Positions 63,501 to 64,000 of a stretch of 64,000 nt of DNA are shown here, in pieces. Positions within the stretch are counted from its first letter, which is position 1. Each line of letters opens with the position of its first letter. The stretch is from the sequence record PQ657772.1; one strand, written 5' to 3'. A model generated the notes under the pieces. That model was given only the letters and a program-made list of their open reading frames with translations, did not search any database and was not told the DNA's origin. The position numbers and the translations under genes are program-made.

Positions 63501-63758
63501 TTATCTCATAGATCTATGCCAACAATTACGCGGATCTCTTTTAAAAGTACTATCATGATCCTCCTGGCAAGTAATACAATACATGCACCCTATAACGGCC
63601 TGGCGTCGATTCTCAGGGATTTTATCGCCGCAGTCGAGGCAATGTACCAGTGATTCTCTTTGTGCGTTAATTTGCTTTCTAGCGTGGTTAACGGCTGCCT
63701 GAATCACTGCGTGAATCTCGTCTTGTTCGGCCCCGTCTTTCGCGTATCCTACTGCCAT
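63501..63758 (-). CDS. TraR/DksA-family C4 zinc-finger protein
   Basis: N-terminal DGAEQDEI, then CLDCGDKIPENRRQAVIGCMYCITCQ. Confidence 0.85.
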   Translation of the reverse strand: MAVGYAKDGAEQDEIHAVIQAAVNHARKQINAQRESLVHCLDCGDKIPENRRQAVIGCMYCITCQEDHDSTFKRDPRNCWHRSMR

Positions 63759-63919
63759 TATTTTAACCTCATTATAAAAATACTATAGTACTGTAATGCT
63801 ACAATAATACTACTAGTGTTTATCTTATTCAAACCATATGATACTACATATCCACCAGCATTACCACGGATAGTAACGCCTTTGTACTGTCTATATAAAT
63901 TCAACTGCGTATATTGCCT

Positions 63920-63991
63920 TTGATCAAGAATTGATCAGAATTATACGCCTTATGCTAAATTGATCCAGTACTTTTTGATCATTTATTGATC
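63920..63991. repeat. Five TTGATC (GATC) copies in 72 bp
   Basis: At 63920, 63931, 63960, 63975, 63986. Confidence 0.7.
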
Positions 63992-64000
63992 GATATTATA

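Larger units (their letters stand above)
1..64000 (-). other. Segment of a large lytic (jumbo-type) dsDNA phage genome; accessory and early-gene region
   Basis: All credible ORFs on one strand, near-continuous tiling with 1-11 nt overlaps, T4-like pseT and rnlA, no host housekeeping operons, AT-rich. Confidence 0.92.

Noticed and set aside
240-63653. All plus-strand ORFs in the track
   Set aside because: They are antisense shadows of well-supported minus-strand genes, lack RBSs and have biased hydrophobic composition
1-64000. Stop-codon reassignment
   Set aside because: Standard-code ORFs already tile the strand almost completely, with coupled starts and stops

Overview
This window is a gene-dense, AT-rich (roughly 30% GC) segment of a large lytic dsDNA phage genome. 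Every credible gene is on the minus strand. Content (T4-like PseT and Rnl1, sigma70-type promoters, TraR-like protein, very large arrays of short paralogues) suggests a jumbo myophage of enterobacteria, possibly RaK2/GAP32-like; this is inference and no search was run. Layout: (1) 1-14 kb has small hypothetical genes plus polynucleotide kinase/phosphatase, RNA ligase 1, a T5orf172/GIY-YIG-type homing endonuclease, an HxGH nucleotidyltransferase and a phage N6-adenine methyltransferase. (2) 14.3-14.8 kb is a GC-richer non-coding stretch that folds into many helices on the minus strand and is a candidate large structured RNA. (3) 18-48 kb holds about 50 divergent proteins sharing one short motif, acidic-x-F-Q-x-S-(L/T)-hydrophobic. 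(4) 48.3-54.7 kb is a tandem array of 29 proteins of 65-95 aa sharing (L/I/V)GT(N/D)(Y/F)QE. (5) 55-64 kb is an early/host-takeover region built from about 20 promoter(-stem-loop)-RBS cassettes. It carries a kinase, a GNAT, a TraR-like and a ParE-like gene, plus three copies of a terminator-embedded promoter that appear to drive a small RNA. Throughout the window the palindrome AGTACT is more than 10-fold over-represented in hand-counted samples. I found no tRNA, rRNA, CRISPR array, integrase or reverse transcriptase. Several starts were corrected relative to the ORF track, and some ORFs under 60 aa were added by manual translation.
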